Source: Macrostomum lignano
Taxonomy: Eukaryota
Length of the DNA stretch: 64,000 nucleotides
Direction of reading: 5' to 3'
NCBI GenBank assembly: GCA_002269645.1
Contig: NIVC01001680.1
Span: 186,001-250,000 of the forward strand
Position numbers and translations under genes: made by a program. The first letter of the stretch is position 1. Each line of letters starts with the position of its first letter. The notes under the pieces are model-generated. The model saw nothing but the letters and a program-made list of their open reading frames with translations. It did not search any database and had not been told where the DNA came from. Positions 1 to 20,810 of this stretch are shown one piece after another.

Positions 1-1786
1 CTATTTGCCTCTGGCAGCCGCAGACTCCCCCACGCTGTCTCGCAAGTCGACCCAGGGGTACTCGTCCCCGCGTGTGTTCAAGGCAGACCCTAGGGCTGCT
101 GGACAGACTGGGCTCCGGCGCTGGGGACCCATCCAGTGGCTTTTGCTGAACTTGGGTATGTGGGTCTGGCTTGCCAGCCTGCAGGCCGTGGTACTGCTTA
201 AACATACCCCCAAATGCCTAAGGTGTTTGACCGTGCCGATGGGCTGGAAGGCCGGGGGGTTGTCCGGTCGCTAGCGGTCCTTCTCTCTCTTCTCTTCTTT
301 CCTCATTCTTTTGTGACTCAGCTCACTCCTTCCCGCTTTCAGCTATGGCATCCTCTAAAAATCCCGCTTAAGCTGGGACCCCGGCAACTCCGGCCGGTGA
401 TTCTGGAGCCAGCGCCGCCCCACCTGGCACAGATGGGCTTGCCGCCGGCTCGTCTGGCGACAAGCCCACACGCGCACCCGGGCCGACGTGCTCGCAACCA
501 ACGCCACAATGAGCGGCGACGGCGTCAACGGGAAGCTGCAGGCCGGCCACCTGCGGAGGGGGAACCAAGGGAGGGCGAGGCTGCTGTTGGGCCGAAAGGA
601 GCCACAGTGACCCCTGCCCCCAGGATACAACCCCCGCTGGTAAGCCACTCAGCAAACCCGCAACCAGCGCGGCCGGGCCTTCGGGAACCGCCGCAATCAA
701 CAACGCCTCAAAGGTGCAGCTCCAACCGGCGGTCAAGCTCCAACCGGCGGTCATCGTCTTCGGGGAAGAGCAAGACCTCGCTGCCGATGAGCTCGACAGT
801 GTCTGGACTTGGAGCACCATCGATGCTGCGCTCATTGACCAGCTCCTAGCGGGCCGCCCCGTGAGCGTGGTCAAATCTGCCAAGAAAGCTTAAAATCAAC
901 ATTTGATATATTTCTATTCCTAAATTTGCGACTCTTGGACTCTGACTGCCCTCGATTTGCTCACCACCTCCCGGCCCATTTTGATCTGAACTGTACAGTA
1001 AAATTTAATCCTCTATTGTTATTTCGTGCACTGTGCAATTTTATATTTATCCGTATACTGCACTCACCGATAGGAGGAAAACAGACTGCAGGCTGCCGAA
1101 CGAGACGAGAATTCGAGCTAAACGCCCCGGCAAGTGACGAGCACACATTGTTTGAGGAAAGCAAAAGCAGTAAAATGAACACCCAAAAATTTGCTTCAGC
1201 AGAATAAAAACAAGGCAGGTGTACAAAATAGTTAAGACACAAAACTCACTGCACGCGGTAGCTCGAACGAAAAGCGATTGAAACGTTTCATTGACCCGCT
1301 TTCATCCGCGTGAAAAGCTTTCCCTCCAGAAATTAAAATTACTCATTTGAAATATGCTTTAAATTTAAACTTCGAGAGGTGTCCCAGAAGTCGGGGCAAT
1401 TTCTTCATAAAGCACGGGAGGACACGGAATGAAAATGGAATACGAGTAACTGGGCTGCAATTGAAAGTGCGGACGCAGTTTGGAAAATGGAGTTGGGAGA
1501 ATTCCCGGATGAGTTGATCCGTCTGTTAAACGTCTGGAAACAGCTGTCCAAGCGGGAAACTTGCAGCTGCCTACATATTATTGGGTGTCTAACATGGAGA
1601 ACAAGAATTGGAGTTTCACGCCACCAGACTGTACGGATACAGTTATCGATTAGAACTATGATTGGAACACAGTCTGCCATTCACTCGCTTGCCCAGTGCC
1701 GCTAAAGCTATGGAAAATGTGTGCGAATTGGTGAGTGATGTGGGAAGAGAGGCAAGTTGGTGTGCGCAGTTCGACCACGTATTGTT

Positions 1787-3108
1787 TCTAAGCCTCCGTG
1801 TCTTGCTGCAATTGTCTCGGCTGAGCCATAGAATTCTGACATCTAGCCTCCGTGTCTTGCTGCAATTGTCTCGGCTGAGCCATAGAATTCTGACATCTGG
1901 CCTCCGTGTCTTGCTGCAATTGTCTCGGCTGAGCCATAGAATTCTGACATCTGGCCTCCGTGTCTTGCTGCAATTGTCTCGGCTGAGCCATAGAATTCTG
2001 ACATCTTGCCTCCGTGTCTTGCTGCAATTGTCTCGGCTGAGCCATAGAATTCTGACATCTGGCCTCCGTGTCTTGCTGCAATTGTCTCGGCTGAGCCATA
2101 GAATTCTGACATCTGGCCTCCGTGTCTTGCTGCAATTGTCTCGGCTGAGCCATAGAATTCTGACATCTTGCCTCCGTGTCTTGCTGCAATTGTCTCGGCT
2201 GAGCCATAGAATTCTGACATCTTGCCTCCGTGTCTTGCTGCAATTGTCTCGGCTGAGCCATAGAATTCTGACATCTGGCCTCCGTGTCTTGCTGCAATTG
2301 TCTCGGCTGAGCCATAGAATTCTGACATCTTGCCTCCGTGTCTTGCTGCAATTGTCTCGGCTGAGCCATAGAATTCTGACATCTTGCCTCCGTGTCTTGC
2401 TGCAATTGTCTCGGCTGAGCCATAGAATTCTGACATCTGGCCTCCGTGTCTTGCTGCAATTGTCTCGGCTGAGCCATAGAATTCTGACATCTGGCCTCCG
2501 TGTCTTGCTGCAATTGTCTCGGCTGAGCCATAGAATTCTGACATCTGGCCTCCGTGTCTTGCTGCAATTGTCTCGGCTGAGCCATAGAATTCTGACATCT
2601 GGCCTCCGTGTCTTGCTGCAATTGTCTCGGCTGAGTCATAGAATTCTGACATCTGGCCTCCGTGTCTTGCTGCAATTGTCTCGGCTGAGCCATAGAATTC
2701 TGACATCTGGCCTCCGTGTCTTGCTGCAATTGTCTCGGCTGAGCCATAGAATTCTGACATCTTGCCTCCGTGTCTTGCTGCAATTGTCTCGGCTGAGCCA
2801 TAGAATTCTGACATCAGGCCTCCGTGTCTTGCTGCAATTGTCTCGGCGGAGCCATAGAATTCTGACATCTGGCCTCCGTGTCTTGCTGCAATTGTCTCGG
2901 CGGAGCCATAGAATTCTGACATCTGGCCTCCGTGTCTTGCTGCAATTGTCTCGGCTGAGCCATAGAATTCTGACATCTGGCCTCCGTGTCTTGCTGCAAT
3001 TGTCTCGGCGGAGCCATAGAATTCTGACATCTGGCCTCCGTGTCTTGCTGCAATTGTCTCGGCTGAGCCATAGAATTTTGACATCTGGCCTCCGTGTCTT
3101 GCTGCAAT
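1787..3108. repeat. 54-bp tandem array, ~24 copies
   Basis: Unit GGCCTCCGTGTCTTGCTGCAATTGTCTCGGCTGAGCCATAGAATTCTGACATCT; accounts for the 18-aa periodic ORFs in three frames. Confidence 0.97.
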
Positions 3109-3109
3109 T

Positions 3110-4370
3110 CGTTTCTGACCCACAGTCCGTCCTATTCGTTGAATGTAGCGATGTTCTGCACTTGGAAGCTCATGGACAGCAGAGAGAAGTTCCTCGAGGT
3201 CATGAAGTGAGTCACAAACTCGTAATGTTTGGACAATTGCGGTCGGTTACTGATTTTTTTCCTCCAGAACTCCATCTGCAGCGCCATGATGTTGATCGCT
3301 CTCTGAACAGCTTCTCACCAGTCTTCATGAACAGGTGCTCACCAGACTCGATATCCATCTTGATGACCACATTCTTGGTGCCGATGTGCGCTCGAAGCTC
3401 GTCCGCTTTGACAGTGGTCACGAAAATCGTGTCCTCGATTAACTTCGTGGCCTGCCATTTCCAGTCAGCCAATCCGCCTGAGCCGTTTCCAGCGTTGCAA
3501 TTCATGCCGTCAGCGTCCCAACTGATCCGCTTGACTGCCACGTCGTCGCTCTGATGAAGCCCCAGAAGAGCCTCAGCTTGTCGTCAAGCAAGTTCAGCTG
3601 CTTCGCTGACATCTGCAGCCTGACCAGTGTGCGAATGTTTGCATCGATGGCCACCATGGGATACCCGAGCTCTCTGGCCTGCAGGCTGTAGATGCCAAGG
3701 TTGCTGCCGATATCGAGGAACGTCGCAGAGTTTTTCGGAAGCTTCTGTAACAGGTTGATCATCGTCCGAATAGAGTCAGCTTCCCATGCGCCGTTTTTTA
3801 TCAATAGTCCGGAAATCATGTCCTCCTTAACTTGCCGAAGGTGAATATTGGCATTCGGCCGCCGCCCATCGCTCGGGCCACATTGGCCAGAGGAGACCCT
3901 TGTCTGACAATGGTGTACATCTGCTGCGGTAAGTTCCTGTTCAGCTCGCACAGAGGAAACTTGCCCCTGACTAACTGGTAGGCCGGCGTCTCCTGACACA
4001 GCCGGTGCCGCAGGCTGGGGTTCGTGAAGTCGACGTTGTGGAGCTCGTTGAACAGGACAGTTAGGACAGTTCTTGATCATTTCGACATCGCTCAGCGTTG
4101 GCAGCGACTCTGCAGCGGTCAGGCCTTTGTTTTGAATGAGATGTACTTTTGAAGCGGTCAAATTGTTGGGCCTTGTTGGCAGTGACTCTGAAGCTACCAA
4201 ATTTTTTCTCCCAAGCAGTTGCATCTTTGAATGGGTCCAGTTTTGTTACCGAAGTAAATGCGCCACAGTGATATTAGTACACTTTGAATGGGTCCAGTTT
4301 TGTTTCCGAAGTAGATACGCCACAGTGATTAGTACACATTCGCAATGCCAGAAGTACTAAATTTTGGTTA
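3110..4370 (-). pseudogene. FkbM-family (Methyltransf_21-like) SAM-dependent methyltransferase, disrupted
   Basis: FLDIGSNLGIYSL (SAM motif I), VAIDAN, VIKMDIES and ALQMEFW lie in three successive frames. Shifts at ~3550 and ~3295, in-frame TAG near 3133, and a ~57-bp duplication at 4226-4337 that disrupts the N-terminal region. Confidence 0.75.
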
Positions 4371-7300
4371 GTTCTCATTGCATTGACTGTCCTGGAGTGG
4401 AGTTATTGTTGTCTGTCTCAGTTTTCCTTCCTGCCTGTGTCGCAAGCTGCAGTGCGACAACTTAACGCGCAGAATTCGTTGATTTTGGCGGTGAGGTGGA
4501 TTTCAGAGCCAATGCGCATTCAGTGCCTATCTAATTGGTCCAGACGCGGCAACTGAGCAATAGCAAAGTTATATCATAGCAAAGATCTTGCACGTTCTTG
4601 CAGGTACTTGCGCAGCAACTCAAGAAGATAGATAAGATCTAAGAATCAACAAGTCAATGTCTTCTAGGGTGGCCACTTGAAGTGCGAATCGTTAACTGCC
4701 AAAGCAACCGACAGGTCTCTGTGGTGCCGGAACCGTCAGCTCCCCGAAGATGTCAGTTTGCATCTCACTCAAAGGCTGAGACGGCCCGGCCGTCTCGTCG
4801 GTGTGAGCAGCACCGGTGTGAGCATTATTTTATCTGCTTATCAACAATTAAGAGTAAAAATCTTGAATTTTAAGAATTTATTTTATGTTTTTAGCAGAAA
4901 AGAAACAAACAAGAACAACTTTGTTTAACGTGACAGTTAAAAACAGTTTAAATTGTCTTGATTAATTCTCACTTAAATCACACTCGCGCTCGTCGCATGC
5001 TAAAACTGGCCAGCATTCGCCCGGCACGGAACTGGAGCTGGTTTTTCAGTGTTTATAAATTTAGTTAATCCAGGTTAAATCTTAAAACCTATGTTAATGA
5101 CTAGTTGAAAGGACACAAAAATTACTTGACAATTCAAGGCAATACCCAATAAGCCTAAGCTAGCTTAAGGTTAAGTCAATGAGCAGTCTGAGTGGTGCTT
5201 AATTTAGCGCAGACCAGACTATCCGACCGACTAGGCCGTAGCCTTTTCGTAAATCGCATACAAAAGTAAATCCGGTGCAATTTAAGCCATAATAGTTGGA
5301 AAATCGCATTTTATTCCAGTGTTAGGCCTACATTAGGAGTAAGGCTTTCTTCCAACCAATAGACTAGGCCCTAGCCTTGGCGCTATGCCTTGGCTTGCTG
5401 TGCTGTAGACCCCTACCCTACTCTAGTTTTGCACGAGTCTATTGAAAAATACATATACTACAGATAAAAAATTTAGGCCTATAGAGTATAATCAACTGAG
5501 CCTTATACTGGCAGCTATAGATATTAATATAGGCCTACTAAATATTTGATATTCAATAATAACTGGATATTAATATAAAATTTTAATTAAAATAATTAGG
5601 CCTAATAAATAATAGTGTTGATAATAGGCCTAGCCTAGACAAGGGCCTACTTTTCAAATGCAAAGACACAAAATACCAACTTAATAAATCTTGGGCCTAA
5701 CTTTGGCAATAGGCCTATATTTTGTATTTTTTAACCTAGTCAATAAATTGAGCTTGGAATCGGACTAAGGTTTAAAGTAATAATAGGCCTATACAAAAGC
5801 AAATAAGAAATTCTAACTTTTATTAGTTTTATCTTGATAGGTGGATAGGCCTAGTCAAATTATTAATCTGCCTTAAAATTTAATAAGTCATATAAGAGTT
5901 ATATTTTAACATGAGTGGCTATTTTGGATATCCAACTGCTGCAACTGGATTTAGGTAAGTTTCTAGCTTAAATAGCTAATCTTATATATGTGAAATTGGC
6001 ATCTCCTCCCAGCCTAGCCTCCTTTTTTATTAGCAGTTTTGATTTATATTAGCAGTAGTAATGCAACTTACTTTTTGACCAAAAATAATATACCATTTTG
6101 TGGATGGTAGGGTGTAAGCCAAAGAATTCTGGCATACACTTGATTTCCATGGTGTACACTAGCGTACATTTCTTGGCTGTGTATAGTGTGGCATACAGTG
6201 TGGTGTATAGCAACTAGCGTAGAAATTAATATAAAGAATTTTTCCTGCTTTTTCTATATTAAGTTATTTCAAAAACCATTTTTTCTGCTACTATTTTCTC
6301 ATTTACCAATCATTTTATTTTCTGGAATTGTCACAATAATCGCCATGTCGTTATCGATTTTTTGTAGTTTAAATTTAAATTTAAATATTCATTGATTTTT
6401 TAACCATTTTTAAGTAGGTGTACATTTAAAATCTGTTGGCATACATTTAAAATCTGTTGGCATACATTTAAAATCTGTTGGCATACAATTGAAAATTCAA
6501 TAAAAATGTGTCTACAGCATACACAGAAAACTTTTTGCAATATAGATAATATATAAAGAAACCAAGTCCTAAGGCTGAGCAAGTTCAAAAAGCAATATCT
6601 CTTGATAAAAATAAAAATAAGCAGAAACTATATTAGGTATTAATTATTATTAAAAGTTATTCAGTTTAAAAAAGTATTTTTTATTAATTTTTTAGTCTAG
6701 AAAATAGCCTTTATATTAGAAAATTTAGGTATATTTTTGCCCTTGTTGACCATCTTGGTATATACTTGGTAATGGTACATAGAATTTTTAGGTTCAACAT
6801 AGTGTACACAGTTGATTTATAAAAATAGCCTAGTTTAGGTTTAGTGTATATGGTGTAGTTTAATATTATCAAAAGAAAATTCCTTTAATAATAATCAAAA
6901 ACAAAAATAGATAGCAACAATGCAATTTATAAGGAAAATTTATAAGGAACAAAGAATAATAGTTTTTAGCAAAAATAGACATTTTAAAGTTTAATAAGTC
7001 ATATTAAAAAAATCTTTGAAAAGTTGGCATATAAATAATTTTATGCTTAGTATAAGAAATTTTATGTTGGCATAAAATTGAATAACCTAGAATTTTCATT
7101 TTGGTATATGCTTGTCATGATCCAAACTATGAGATTAATTTAATTAAACTACTAACATTAATGCAATACATATAAATTAATACAAAAACTAAAATGCCTT
7201 CTTTGCTTGTTTTAATTTTTGAATTCAAGGTTAAGGCAATAATAGTACTAGTAGTAATGATCAATTTTTAATTTAAAAAGAAAATTTGCATACAAAACCT

Positions 7301-8176
7301 ACTAAAATATATAATACTTCAGATACTTAAGATACTTTAGACTTCAAACACTTTAGACACTTCAATATAAGATAGGGCATGATAAATAATTTTTTATTAA
7401 TGATTATAAATTAAACTTTTCAATTTGTTTGATAATTAGATTAGAATAGTAATTTTTTTATTTTTCAACTATTACTATAAATTGAAAATAATATCAGTTG
7501 TAAACATTGTTCTATGGTCTTATATCTTTTACCACCAAACTTTAGTGGCTTCAAATTAATTTATTGACTCTTTATTAACCACAAGTTAATAGCCAATTTA
7601 AGTAAGGCTGAATGTTTGTATTGCAAGGCACTGTTATCTTATAAGCTTTGCACAATGTTTCAAAGTAAAGTCTGACTAAGCCAAAGCCTTAGTTAATATC
7701 AAACTATAACAAACCATAAATTTATGTTTATCTTCAAAATATCCATTGCCTTTATTAGGGCTAAAGACCCATCATATCTATATGAATAATAAAATAGATT
7801 GAAACTAATTTAATATAAATTTTCAAATAAAATTTAATTGCAAGCTATAACTAGCTGCAAGCTTGAAGTGAAAAGTACAAGTGCAATTCACTTTATAAAT
7901 TCCAGTTTCTTGACAATCACAACTTGAATAAAAAGTTGCAAAATCTGCAGCTGTTCTACAAGTATGAGTTTCAAATAGTTTTTAATTGCAATTGAAAACA
8001 TGGTGCAGATGCCTAGACAGTCTTTTATTAGGCTCAATATGGTTTTATCAGTATATCTGTGATCAAAATAAGAAATGATGCACTTCAGAGTTGATATGCA
8101 TTTATGCATTATATTGTTCGTTTTTTGTATCCTACTAATACTAACAAGCCATATATTGCCCATTTAAATAAACAGT

Positions 8177-15088
<6,912 letters not shown>

Positions 15089-15569
15089 CGCCTGCCTGTC
15101 TGTCTGCCTCCCAGTCCTCAAGGCAATTTGTCAATTTGCTATTTTGCCAAACTTTCTGCTCGATTTAAAATATACTCGTACTTTGCACGATATGTTTTGT
15201 CTTTGTACGTTTTGCTTTCCGGTGGCAGAGCCTTCGGTCGCTCGGCTGCCTGCACATCCGTGTACAGATCTGCAGTACTTGCTATATGCTGCATAAATAG
15301 CCTAGCTCCGGCTTGTCTCCTAATTATATAATTAAGTTCATATTTTTGCTGCTTGTCTCAACAAGTCACTTATCTTGTTTTTGAGACACAATAAAGGCAT
15401 CGGTAATGCATGAATATTGTGCATAAAGTCGCACCAATATGCCGTTACAAGTAAATACAAGTATTATTTTGCTGATTTCACCTGTTGTTTTGTTGACTTT
15501 AATATCTCATTTATCATAATTCTGCTGAAGTGCGATTCCCATCCCAGGGTCGGGTCACCTCGGGTGCTG

Positions 15570-16708
15570 AACTGAGATCCCATCCCAGTGTTAACTAATG
15601 AAGTGAGATCCCATCCCAGTGTTAACTAATGAAGTGAGATCCCATCCCAGTGTTAACTAATGAAGTGAGATCCCATCCCAGTGTTAACTAATGAAGTGAG
15701 ATCCCATCCCAGTGTTAACTAATGAAGTGAGATCCCATCCCAGTGTTAACTAATTAAGTGAGATCCCATCCCCAGTGTTAACTAATGAAGTGAGATCCCA
15801 TCCCCAGTGTTAACTAATGAAGTGAGATCCCATCCCCAATGTTAACTAATGAAGTGAGATCCCATCCCAGTGTTAACTAAGGAAGTGAGGTCCCATCCCC
15901 AGTGTTAACTAATGAAGTGAGGTCCCATCCCCAGTGTTAACTAATGAAGTGAGATCCCATCCCAGTGTTAACTAATGAAGTGAGATCCCATCCCTAGTGT
16001 TAACTAATTAAGTGAGATCACATCCCCAGTATTAAATAGTGAAGTGAGATCACATCCCCAGTGTTAACTAATGAAGTGAGATCCCATCCCCAGTGTTAAC
16101 TAATGAAGTGAGATCCCATCCCCATGTTAACTAATTAAGTGAGATCCCATCCCCAGTGTTAACTAATTAAGTGAGATCCCATCCCTAGTGTTAACTAATT
16201 AAGTGAGATCACATCCCCAGTGTTAACTAATGAAGTGAGATCCCATCCCTAGTGTTAACTAATTAAGTGAGATCACATCCCTAGTGTTAACTAATGAAGT
16301 GAGATCCCATCCCTAGTGTTAACTAATTAAGTGAGATCCCATCCCCAGTATTAAATAGTGAAGTGAGATCACATCCCCAGTGTTAACTAATGAAGTGAGA
16401 TCCCATCCCCAGTGTTAACTAATCAAGTGAGATCCCATCTCCAGTGTTAACTAATCAAGTGAGATCCCATCCCCAGTGTTAACTAATCAAGTGAGATCCC
16501 ATCCCCAGTGTTAACTAATCAAGTGAGATCCCATCCCCAGTGTTAACTAATCAAGTGAGATCCCATCTCCAGTGTTAACTAATGAAGTGAGATCCCATCT
16601 CCAGTGTTAACTAATGAAGTGAGATCCCATCCCTAGTGTTAACTAATGAAGTGAGATCCCATCCCCAGTGTTAACTAATGAAGTGAGATCCCATCTCCAG
16701 TGTTAACT
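15570..16708. repeat. 31-32-bp minisatellite
   Basis: GAAGTGAGATCCCATCCCCAGTGTTAACTAAT tandem copies. Confidence 0.95.
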
Positions 16709-18584
16709 GACTAAACGAGATCTCCGCTTCACAATCAGCTGACTCAAAATGCGTGTTTCAGCTGACAGCCGGGTAAAATGCCAGTCGCCATCTCTCGCTC
16801 TCTGACTCTCAAACTGCGGATCTGTATAGGTGAGTTGGTGTGCATTTATAAGTTTTCATTTCTATTTGGTGTTTAGTCTATGAATAAATGATGTTTATTG
16901 TTTTTACTAGTCGCTATGGTTACCCGTGTGACGACTTACTTGCCCTCTCTGATTTTGTCTGTCAAAAGTGCAGCACTAGTGGCACAAAGACCTGGAATTT
17001 GATTCATTACTGACGTATCAAACTGATTGCATTGACAGGGCCACCCATGGAGTTCGCAGCTGGCCTGCACATACGGATAGCGAATATCGGTGAGTCAAGT
17101 TTGATTGCTCTGTTGCACCTGCGAGTGTTTTTGTGCATTTAAAGTACATGATGCCTATCGTTTACCCGTCGCTATGGCAACCCCAAGTGACGACCAACTT
17201 GCCCTCTCTGACTCAATATATTTTATTAAAATACAAATAAAATACTCTTATATACTACTTGTCTTATTAGTCTGTCCGCTTACATTAACCTTCCAGGCTC
17301 GGTCTTGTAGATCTGTAGCAGTGCTGCAGGAGTTGAACACTTTATAGCTGTAAGTTTCAGCAATGCCTTTTTATGACAAATTTTCCTGAGCTCTGCGATT
17401 TTTATGATGCCTACCGTTTACCCGTCGCTATGGCAACCCCAAGTGACGACCAACTTGCCCTCTCTGATTTTTTGTCCGTTAATAACTGGTCAAGTCTTCA
17501 TTATACGTTTGTTTAAAGTGCATCTGTATTTGATTATCAGCTTCTAATGCACTCTTTCAGAGCCAGTCGTGGGCAGAGGTGGTCGCTCATAACCCACGGA
17601 TTTGTCTGAGTCCCAGTGCGAGCTCAGCTGCTCGATTTTATCCACTATCAATGATGCCTATCGTTTACCCATCGCTATGGCAACCCCAAGTGACGATTAA
17701 CTTGCCCTCTCTGATTTCTTGCTAAAAAATCAAAAGTGAAAGGCTGTGTGATGTACAAAACTGTATTCTTGATTATCTGCTTCCCATTCACCCTTTCAGA
17801 GCCAGCCGTGGGCAGAGGCGGTCGCTCATAACCCACGGATTTTTCTGTGAGTCCCAGTGCGAGCTCAGCTGCTCGATTTTATCCACTATCAATGATGCCT
17901 ATCGTTTACCCGTCGCTATGGCAACCCCAAGTGACGATTAACTTGCCCTCTCTGATTAGAGCTTTATCTCATTGTGTGCATTTGTCTCTTGTGCTGTTGG
18001 AGCTGATTGAAGCAAATTCTTTTATTTCAGGAAGAAAGTCTGCTCTGAGCTCGGTTTGGTGTGAGCAAATTGGCATTGCTGCTCAGGTGAGTCTAATCAG
18101 AATTACTTTACTATAGAATGCTGACTTTTATGCGCAAATGATGTCTATCGTTTACCCGTCGCTATGGCAACCCCAGATGACGATTAACTTGCCCTCTCTG
18201 ATTAGAGCTTCATCTCATTGTGTGCATTTGTCTCTCTTGTGCTGTTGGAGCTGATTGAAGCAAATTCTTTTATTTCAGGAAGAAAGTCTGCTCTGAGCTC
18301 TGTCTGGTGTGAGCAAATTGGCATTGCTGCTCAGGTGAGTCTAATCAGAATTACTTTACTATAGAATGCTGACTTTTATGCGCAAATGATGCCTATCGTT
18401 TACCCGTCGCTATGGCAACCCCAAGTGACGACTAACTTGCCCTCTCTGATTCAATAATTTTCAATAAAATTGTTTAATAGTTTTTTCGTTTCCTATTAAA
18501 TTGTACATTTAGAGCGATGAAGTTTAAGTTTCTATTATCACTTATTATCTCGCCCGAAAATTAGGGTCGGTAATTCAGAGATTA

Positions 18585-19155
18585 AAGGTCGGGAATGCAG
18601 GGATCCAAGGTCGGGAATGCAGGGATCCAAGGTTAAGGAATGCAGGGATCCAAGGTCGGGAATGCAGGGATCCAAGGTCGGGAATGCAGGGATCCAAGGT
18701 TAAGGGATGCAGGGATCCAAGGTTAAGGAATGCAGGGATCCAAGGTCGGGAATGCAGGGATCCAAGGTTAAGGGATGCAGGGATCCAAGGTTAAGGAATG
18801 CAGGGATCCAAGGTCGGGAATGCAGGGATCCAAGGTTAAGGAATGCAGGGATCCAAGGTTAAGGAATGCAGGGATCCAAGGTTAAGGAATGCAGGTATCC
18901 AAGGTTAAGGAATGCAGGGATCCAAGGTTAAGGAATGCAGGTATCCAAGGTTAAGGAATGCAGGGATCCAAGGTTAAGGAATGCAGGGATCCAAGGTTAA
19001 GGAATGCAGAGATCCAAGGTTAAGGAATGCAGAGATCCAAGGTTAAGGAATGCAGGGATCCAAGGTTAAGGAATGCAGGGATCCAAGGTTAAGGAATGCA
19101 GGGATCCAAGGTTAAGGAATGCATGGATCCAATGTCGGGAATGCAGGGATCCAAG
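18585..19155. repeat. 22-23-bp minisatellite in snoRNA-host intron
   Basis: GGAATGCAGGGATCCAAGGTTAA / ..GGTCG; the same array recurs at 20008-20810. Confidence 0.95.
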
Positions 19156-20007
19156 ACCGTGACTGGACATGATTAAACCCACTTACCGGTGATTTCAGCC
19201 CCAGTTGGCTGTGCTCGCAGGTGTTCAGAATCGCCACCTTCAGGACTGCCACAGCCCGCATTTCCGCACCGAAACTCTTGCAGGTGTGTTTGAGCTTTGC
19301 GTTTCTGTGCAACGACCTGACAATGATGCCTATCGTTTACCCGTCGCTATGGCAACCCCAAGTGACGATTAACTTGCCCTCTCTGATTTCTTGCTAAAAA
19401 ATCAAAAGTGAAAGGCTGTGTGATGTACAAAACTGCATTATTGATTATCTGCTTCCCATTCACCCTTTCAGAGCCAGCCGTGGGCAGAGGCGGTCGCTCA
19501 TAACCCACGGATTTTTCTGTGAGTCCCAGTGCGAGCTCAGCTGCTCGATTTTATCCACTATCAATGATGCCTATCGTTTACCCGTCGCTATGGCAACCCC
19601 AAGTGACGATTAACTTGCCCTCTCTGATTAGAGCTTTATCTCATTGTGTGCATTTGTCTCTTGTGCTGTTGGAGCTGATTGAAGCAAATTCTTTTATTTC
19701 AGGAAGAAAGTCTGCTCTGAGCTCTGTCTGGTGTGAGCAAATTGGCATTGCTGCTCAGGTGAGTCTAATCAGAATTACTTTACTATAGAATGCTGACTTT
19801 TATGCGCAAATGATGCCTATCGTTTACCCGTCGCTATGGCAACCCCAAGTGACGACTAACTTGCCCTCTCTGATTCAATAATTTTCAATAAAATTGTTTA
19901 ATAGTTTTTTCGTTTCCTATTAAATTGTACATTTAGAACGATGAATTTTTAGTTTCTATTATCACTTATTATCTCGCCCGAAAATTAGGGTCGGTAATTC
20001 AGAGATT

Positions 20008-20810
20008 AAAGGTCGGGAATGCAGGGATCCAAGGTCGGGAATGCAGGGATCCAAGGTTAAGGGATGCAGGGATCCAATGTTAAGGAATGCAGGGATCCAA
20101 GGTCGGGAATGCAGGGATCCAAGGTTAAGGAATGCAGGGATCCAAGGTTAAGGAATGCAGGGATCCAAGGTTAAGGAATGCAGGGATGCAAGGTTAAGGA
20201 ATGCAGGGATCCAAGGTCGGGAATGCAGGGATCCAAGGTTAAGGAATGCAGGGATCCAAGGTTAAGGAATGCAGGGATCCAAGGTTAAGGAATGCAGGGA
20301 TCCAAGGTTAAGGAATGCAGGGATCCAAGGTTAAGGAATGCAGGGATCCAAGGTTAAGGAATGCAGAGATCCAAGGTCGGGAATGCAGGGATCCAAGGTT
20401 AAGGAATGCAGGGATCCAAGGTTAAGGAATGCAGGTATCCAAGGTTAAGGAATGCAGGGATCCAAGGTTAAGGAATGCAGGGATCCAAGGTTAAGGAATG
20501 CAGAGATCCAAGGTTAAGGAATGCAGGGATCCAAGGTTAAGGAATGCAGAGATCCAAGGTTAAGGAATGCAGGGATCCAAGGTTAAGGAATGCAGAGATC
20601 CAAGGTTAAGGAATGCAGGGATCCAAGGTTAAGGAATGCAGGGATCCAAGGTTAAGGAATGCAGGGATCCAAGGTTAAGGAATGCAGAGATCCAAGGTTA
20701 AGGAATGCAGGGATCCAAGGTTAAGGAATGCAGGGATCCAAGGTTAAGGAATGCAGGGATCCAAGGTTAAGGAATGCATGGATCCAATGTCGGGAATGCA
20801 GGGATCCAAG
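20008..20810. repeat. 22-23-bp minisatellite (second copy, within segmental duplication)
   Basis: Same unit and flanks as 18585-19155. Confidence 0.95.

Noticed and set aside
1-890. GC-rich ORFs at the window start
   Set aside because: They overlap on both strands with no recognisable domain or splice logic, so no product can be supported.
1662-3554. 630-aa plus-strand ORF and other long ORFs over minisatellites (9984-10714, 13920-14665, 39586-39930, 43721-44319)
   Set aside because: They are stop-free translations of tandem repeats, mostly intronic.
17168-17181. RFX X-box (GTCGCTATGGCAAC) inside each repeat
   Set aside because: It matches the consensus but is embedded in the snoRNA body and is broken in the first copy, so the C/D interpretation explains more.
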